A stretch of 40,037 bases of DNA from Escherichia phage vB_EcoP_PHB19. The notes under the pieces were generated by a model. That model had not been told where the DNA came from, did not search any database, and worked only from the letters and a program-made list of their open reading frames with translations. The position numbers were made by a program, and so were the translations under genes. Positions 39,850-40,037 of this stretch are shown piece by piece. How positions within the stretch are numbered: position 1 is the stretch's first letter; every line of letters starts with the position of its first letter. The DNA is taken from sequence record MN481365.1. The stretch is one strand, 5' to 3'.

Positions 39850-39878
39850 ATCGTACCGTGTTTACTGCATGTTGTCAA
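39850..39878 (-). promoter_or_regulatory. Extra early sigma70 promoter (A3-like copy)
   Basis: Coding strand ttgacaacatgcagtaaacacggtacgat, nearly identical to T7 A3 itself but separated from the A3 downstream context by a ~115-bp insert. Confidence 0.65.
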
Positions 39879-39955
39879 CCATTTTGTTTCACCTTGTGTG
39901 CCGTGGTGCGCTTAAGTCACCTAGAAGACACCGTGCTACCGTGTTGACGCTGTGT

Positions 39956-39985
39956 ATCTTACTGCATGTTACTTCATGTTGTCAA
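39956..39985 (-). promoter_or_regulatory. Early sigma70 promoter A2
   Basis: Coding strand ttgacaacatgaagtaacatgcagtaagat, as T7 A2. Confidence 0.7.
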
Positions 39986-40037
39986 TGCCTGTTTTTCGTA
40001 CGACTTATCAGGCTGTCTACTTATCCGGTTGACCCCG

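Overview
This window is a complete genome of a T7-like podophage (Autographiviridae, T7 group), given as the reverse complement of the conventional T7 map and circularly permuted. Every gene is on the minus strand. The single terminal repeat lies inside the window at about 350..522, and the window ends fall inside the early sigma70 promoter region (A1 at 48..76; A2 and A3 at the far right end). The identification rests on 17 copies of the 23-bp T7 RNA-polymerase promoter (reverse complement tctccctatagtgagtcgtatta), an 883-aa single-subunit RNA polymerase, and T7 gene order from 0.3 (ocr) through 19.5. Comparisons to T7 are from memory of the T7 reference, not from a database search. Against that backbone I see six departures: (1) a ~390-bp cassette immediately upstream of ocr, with perfect 16-bp inverted repeats and ~20-bp imperfect direct repeats, carrying an AT-rich 95-aa ORF with a C-terminal helix-turn-helix-like segment, which is the best candidate for something undescribed; (2) gene 17 is a 1025-aa tailspike, a T7 adaptor N-terminus fused to a large foreign beta-helix module; (3) an HNH-family endonuclease ORF at the gene 2.8 position, beside a divergent lower-GC gene 3; (4) a minimal 77-aa gp1.7-like ORF, with no 1.4 or 1.8; (5) an extra early promoter with a ~115-bp insert; (6) no ORFs at the T7 3.8, 5.3 and 7.7 positions. 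Coordinates for features not in the ORF track were counted by hand and may be off by 1-2 nt.
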